NCBI RefSeq assembly: GCF_006345805.1
Contig: NW_021835387.1
Coordinates: forward strand, 1-40,121
Length of the DNA: 40,121 nucleotides
Direction: 5' to 3'
Source of the DNA: Octopus sinensis
Taxonomy: Eukaryota
Of this stretch, positions 34,650-40,121 are shown piece by piece (the first letter of the stretch is position 1; each line of letters opens with the position of its first letter). The notes beneath the pieces were generated by a model that saw only the letters and a list, made by a program, of their open reading frames with translations, was not told the DNA's origin and ran no database searches. A program made the translations under genes and the position numbers.

Positions 34650-34904
34650 ATTTCTAGGCATTCGTGCCCCAAATTCGACGCAGTGATTCAAATTTTTCTA
34701 AACGGACATCACCTTTTAACTGTGAATATGTTTGTCCATGTTTAGTTTCATAGTGACGTCGAATATTGTATTCTTTCATAACTGCAATTTTGTCATTGCA
34801 CATGACACACACTGCATTTTTATTGAATTCAATGAAAAAGTATTTAAGGTTCCATTCGTTGTTAAACAAACGGCACTCAGTGTCAATTTTTTCTTGTCTT
34901 TCAT
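34650..34904 (-). mobile_element. hAT (GTF2IRD2/SPIN-like) transposase N-terminal fragment
   Basis: FNNEWNLKYFF...AVCVMC...KEYNIRRHYETKH. Confidence 0.85.
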
Positions 34905-34984
34905 ATTGTGAGCAAACTAATTCAATACAAAATGACCAAACTAGCCATGAACATTTACACCTGAATGTATCCTCTCCACTTCTG

Positions 34985-35250
34985 TTATGCTCTCGTCCAA
35001 TAAGTCTGACCAGGATTAAATCACATTCCTCTTGATTTTGTGTTTATTTTGTTTCTTAATTCTGATTTTGGTCCAGGATCACAATTTTCCATTTGGAGTT
35101 CTAAATCTCTTTGAAGTATACAAAATTCATTGACTGTCGAGTTGTCTGGTCCTTGGAACAAAATATAATCAATTTGATTATATTTTTGTTTTTTTGTCAG
35201 TTTGTTTGTTTTACAACCTACCCAGGTTGTATTATGCTGAAAAGCCATGT
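34985..35250 (-). mobile_element. RTE endonuclease remnant
   Basis: FQH.TTW.G...YNQIDYIL, the same motif as at the start of the 19065 element. Confidence 0.6.
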
Positions 35251-35261
35251 TACAAATGGTA

Positions 35262-35720
35262 TTACAAATGTTGAATGTCGATTATAAGATTTCCAGAAGA
35301 ATTTTGATAACCCTTTTTGTGATTAATCACCTGACAGCGTGAAAGTAAAAAATAATCTTGTTGGCTAATTTTCGTTTCAGTCATCTCAATAATAGGTTTA
35401 AATCCGTTTTCCTCCACTGTTTTATTCATATAATTTTTAATATTTGCCTTATCATCATAAAAATGTAGTCCTTCTATGTCATAATATGCCCGATTGATTG
35501 AATAGTCGCAACATTCCGAAACTTTGAGAATATCTATTATTTGTGAATAATTGCATATGATCTCCGTTAATTTCAACTTAATATCGGGATTATTTACATG
35601 AGGCATTCTCAACCTTTTTTTGTTTATCACCCCCTTTGAAATTTTATCGCCCCTTGTCCACATACAATTTAAAAAATTTTGGGCATTGTCCCTTAATTGG
35701 TTGTTTTGTCCCTTAATCAT
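35262..35720 (-). CDS. 152-codon ORF of unknown function, possibly an exon of the gene entering the duplicated block
   Basis: Stop-free and AT-rich. A TTAG acceptor-like site precedes it at ~35742. No motif recognised. Confidence 0.3.
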   Translation of the reverse strand: MIKGQNNQLRDNAQNFLNCMWTRGDKISKGVINKKRLRMPHVNNPDIKLKLTEIICNYSQIIDILKVSECCDYSINRAYYDIEGLHFYDDKANIKNYMNKTVEENGFKPIIEMTETKISQQDYFLLSRCQVINHKKGYQNSSGNLIIDIQHL

Positions 35721-37489
35721 TATCCGTATAAGGTTTTGATGCTAACACCGACATTTTCTTTTTTCAATTATCTAGTAAGATATCCAATTTGTATCGATCA
35801 AACGGATTTTAAAACTTTGTAATAATGTCCAATTTAGATTTCCAGACATTTTTGCGCATAACATCACAGATATTTATCTTTGAAGTTTTGTGTATCCTCC
35901 GAAACAAATACTACAGATATACTAAATTACATAAGCTTATAGAATATTACAGTTTGATATATATATCTGATCCCTGGTTTATGACATTTAAAGTTCTTTA
36001 AATTCTTCGAACAGCCGTTTTATGTAGACACTTTGTCAGTAGACATGTTTACATGTAATTCCTCACCTGAAATCCATGCTTTTTCTTAAAATTGGATAAA
36101 AATTCATAAGAGTTTTGAAATATTAAAAAAGCTGCTTAAAAATAATTCTGCCTTTCTTGACATTAATGCATCGCTCAATAATGCAGTTTAAAAAACCCTA
36201 AGATGTACTTTTGACTGTCATCTGTATACCGCAACATTTACACTTGAGTTTGTATATTACCACCAGAAGCACAACGAAGCATGCCGGCAAAATAGTGTTT
36301 TATGTTTATTAAAAATAAAAAGTTTCAATTTTCAGTAATTTTTTAAAGACTAAAAAATAGTGGTAAATTTTGAAATTGACTAAAATTAGAAAATTTCTTA
36401 AAAAATTGGGAAATAAAATGGCAATTTAATACAGTTTATTCTTAATTTATCTCTAATGAATGACAATAACCAAAATTTTTTGCCCTGTAAAGTACGTAGG
36501 TCATTCTTCTCGCCAGCGTAGATCGGGTCATTGTTGATATTTAGACAGTAAAGAAATTAAGTTTTAGTAAATTTTGTTCTCAACATAATGTCAAATAAAA
36601 TAAAAACACTAAAATGAAGTAAAAAAGAGTAGAAATAAAAAAGAGAATTACCAGATTTAGTCGTATTGCCACATTTAATAACCTTATATACGAACTAATT
36701 CAGTAGTCAATCTTACATTTATAAAAATTACATATAATTAAAAAATAAGAGAAAGTTTTAATCTCAAACCTTATCTCTACCCAGCCTGGCTGTCTCAATC
36801 GTCCTCACGTGAAGGGCCAGCCAAAAAATAATCTTATCAAAATCAGCTCTCATCAACCTCCATAATGAACCTACGCCCACTTTTGGATCTTTATTTGTAA
36901 AAATCAGGTATTTCCGTCAACTTTGATTAGTCTGGAAAACACTTTACGTCCGATATCACTTCAATCCTGTTTCCAAAAACTCGAGAAATATCCCCACTAA
37001 TTTTTTCCTCAGAATCGAACTAGGAATATTGAGAGCTTGCAAAAATATTAGTGTCTAAATTCAAAAATATCATTATTTAGTACAAGATGATAAAACGTAG
37101 TAAATTAAGACAATCCAGTTGTTAGAAGTAAATAAACAACAAAAAGGGACGGGAAATCAAAAAAAGCTTAATGAATCAAGATCAGGTGATTTACACGACC
37201 AATCAAAAATTTTATATTTTCTAATATTTTATTATACTTTCAAAGTACACAAGTATGGGATTATCTTGTAAATATTAATGAATTTAACTTTATTTTTTAA
37301 AATTTAATGTATTAAGAACATGATTCAGCGACAGAGATTTCATTTTAAAAGTTTTCCTCTAAAGAATTCAATTACAGACTAGAAGTCCATAAATTACTTA
37401 TTACAATATTAATCAAATAGATATTAATTATTTTATATTAATAAAATACTAAATCCACGTGTTTTGATTTCATTTTTGTTGTATCTTTG

Positions 37490-38400
37490 CAGTTACAGTT
37501 CCGGATATTACATTTCGGAGATTCGGCTGCATACATTATTACTGATGCATTATTATGTTATCAAACAAAATTTAATATAGATTATCAATTGAAGAGATAA
37601 AATGTTTTCTATGCTTAAGGGAAAGATATATAGTGCAACTCGGGAAGAGACTAGCAAAATAATTGAAAAATGTGCTCATTGTCAGGTATTTCGTTAAATT
37701 ATTCGATTTCAGTCCGAAAATTGCTAGCTACAAGGCCGGTTATCACTCCTATTATTGCAAAAGGCCCAAGAGATAGATACATTGCTGATTTGATCGATTT
37801 AAGAAGATATTCAGAAATAAATAACACCTTTAAATGGGTATTACGATTTATCCAGATTCTTGTTTTGATTGACTCTTTTTCAAAATATGGGGTTGTAGAA
37901 CTTGCTAGAACCAAATGCGCCACAGAAACAGTGCCTATTATTGAAAACATTTTTATGATTGATTTGAGCTCCATTAATCTTGCAAACAGATAATGGAAAG
38001 GAGTTCAAAAACAATATGATAGAGGAAATGTCTACGAAGTTTGTCACTAAGCACATATGTGGAAGACCACGTGCACTTTGGATACAAGGTCAGGTAAAAC
38101 AGGTATATTTTATGTTAATTTTAAGATTTAACCAATCTATAAACGATGGATCTCTTCTACAAGCGCTTCAAATGGAATGTTTGGAGAATATCATGCCAAT
38201 TATTAAAAGAATTGTCGACGAATATAATAATTCAAAACATGACACTACAAAGCATATTCCATTTAACATTTTAATGGAAGTGGGATATGAAAAAACTTGA
38301 TGATTTACATTATGCAATCTTTATGGGCTTTAATGGTAATTTTGAAATCTTTTACGATAAGGAGAAAATGAATACGAAGAAGTAGATTTTGTGTATCAGA
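37490..38400 (+). mobile_element. duplicate of the intron-bearing Ginger-like integrase
   Basis: Same motifs as 11890-12800; the corresponding intron is at 38103-38125. Confidence 0.85.
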
Positions 38401-38462
38401 AAGCGCGAAGTAAAATAAAAGCAAAAAGACGTACTTAACAATTTGCATTTTATAATCATAAT

Positions 38463-39260
38463 ATGACTTATCGAATGATTTCTGCAAGTATAGGAGTCCC
38501 AAAATAAACTGTATCAGATGGATTCAGAATTCAAAAAAACTGGATCAAATAACCGAACATTCCGGAATGGATAAAAAAAATATTGACAGAGGAAGAAATT
38601 TTGTATATAAAAATTTATTGCAACTGTGACTAAACAGGTGGAATGTGCATCTACACTACAACAAATTCGATATATGGAGAGGTGAAGCTAGAAAAGGGCA
38701 TATTACAGGGCGACAGTATGTCCCCCCGCTGCTGTTCATCTTCTGCCTAAAACCGCTGAGTAAAGTCCTCACTGCCCAATTCAAACAAATGTCAATTGAA
38801 CATGAAGGAGGAGTGTTTAGCACCAACAATCTCATGTTCATGGACGACATTAAACTATTCGTTCGGTCTCAGAGATCCTCCACTCGATGGGCAATGTCTT
38901 GGAAGGTTTCATGAAGGCCGTGGGGTTGGAGCTCAACTACAAGTCGGCGACTAACACCCCTGTATGGGTGATTTAGTCAAGGCTTGGAGGTACACCAAGG
39001 ATATAAGTATCTTGGTGTGGTTGAGAGTCCAGCCTCATTAATCACACCCGAAACGAGAAAGTGTGTAGTGGAGGGTGTGCGTGAGTAGGGCAGCAATGTT
39101 ATGTAAAACTCGCCTCAATGAACGGACTATTTCATGCTTGAACGAGTACGAGACGAGTGAAATCGAAATCGAGACGAGTGAGTACGATGAAATGGACCTT
39201 ATTGTCCGAAGAGAGAGTACCGAGAGAATCGCATCCATGTGTTGCCAAGCAATAGATTAT
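38463..39260 (+). mobile_element. duplicate of the Tc1 fragment + R4-like RT fragment
   Basis: Colinear with 12881-13685, with more indels. Confidence 0.85.
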
Positions 39261-40121
39261 GGTTCCTCCATCTTTCTGCTCAGCAAAAAGTATGGCTTGA
39301 GGCGAGATTTACTCAGAGTTCTGGGCTAACCTCCACGCTGATGGAGATGGAGGGCGATCCTTGAGGGATGTTGCCAGTTTTCCATCTCTCTGATTTAAGG
39401 GAGCTAACAGCGACTGGGCAAATATTGACGTGGTATTAAGAGGGTGTGATGGCGATAAAGTCTATTATATGCAATGGCAAGAGTTACAACCAAGCCTTTC
39501 CTGGTGGCTTCAAATCAGTCAAAAATATGATGATGGCCATACGTAATTGGTCATAAGCGAGGGTCAGAAATGAGAACTGACCAAAAAGCTCAACTGGCAT
39601 TAGTCCGAGAAGCAAGAGTGTCTGATGCTTCTGCTTCATCCTTCTTAATTAGATTTGCCTTTCTTTCTTCTCTTTTCTCTGACGGAGGAAGGTTGCCAGA
39701 GTAAGGCCATAGAATCAAACTTGAGAACAACCACAAAAGTGGCTTAGACTCGAAGAAGAGAATCGACTGAAAGCAGACGAACTGATTAAAAGTAATTTAC
39801 TAAAAAGCATGCAGTGTATCCAGATAATTTCTAACTTGAAACCAGATTTGTATACTGACATTGACTGTGCCCAATCTGCACAAAGTCCAAACACAATTAT
39901 AATTTTATGTTTTTCTCTTTAAAAAAATATCAGATATAATACTAATTTCATTTCAAGATTATAAAGATACATATTTTACTAAAATGAACAATAAAATAGT
40001 ACAAAAATCAAAATAGAATATATAGAAATAAAGTTAATTTCAAATCAATATTAATGGAGATTAATTAATTGACAAAATGAAAAAAAATTGCTTGCAAAAT
40101 GAACTTTAGCCAAGATATTTA

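Larger units (their letters stand above)
35744..40121 (+). repeat. segmental duplication copy 2 (runs off window end; lacks the SINE and hAT)
   Basis: Colinear with 7612-14554 and has single (unduplicated) target sites at 37112-37124 and 37189-37196. Confidence 0.95.

Noticed and set aside
223-40121. Most short ORFs in the supplied track (e.g. 9959-10216, 13075-13353, 29897-30079, 31840-32085) as independent genes
   Set aside because: They are antisense or alternative-frame shadows of transposase, RT or TCP1 sequences.
1-40121. prokaryotic defence or operon system, CRISPR array, rRNA
   Set aside because: No repeat-spacer array, operon-like gene packing or rRNA signature. Gene structure and TE content are eukaryotic.

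Overview
AT-rich eukaryotic (animal-like) genomic DNA, not prokaryotic. I found no rRNA, true tRNA gene or CRISPR array. Most of the window is degraded and nested transposable elements: RTE, CRE-clade, R4/Dong-like and Jockey/I-group non-LTR retrotransposons, Buster-type hAT, Tc1/mariner/pogo and Ginger-like integrase DNA elements, and one tRNA-derived SINE. Between them sit a few host genes that the ORF track misses because they are split by ultra-short GT-AG introns, mostly 21-34 nt. These are an orphan type-I membrane protein (4081-5277), a TCP1/CCT-alpha pseudogene (15380-17202, minus) and an EGFR-ligand-like single-EGF membrane protein (26053-26757). Such introns suggest a highly reduced parasitic metazoan such as a dicyemid or myxozoan; this is inference only. 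A ~4.4-kb block occurs twice (7612-14554 and 35744-end), and the second copy provides exact empty sites for a SINE and a hAT insertion in the first. Many frameshifts fall in homopolymer runs, so some apparent pseudogenisation may be long-read consensus error. All family assignments come from motif recognition by eye; no database searches were run.
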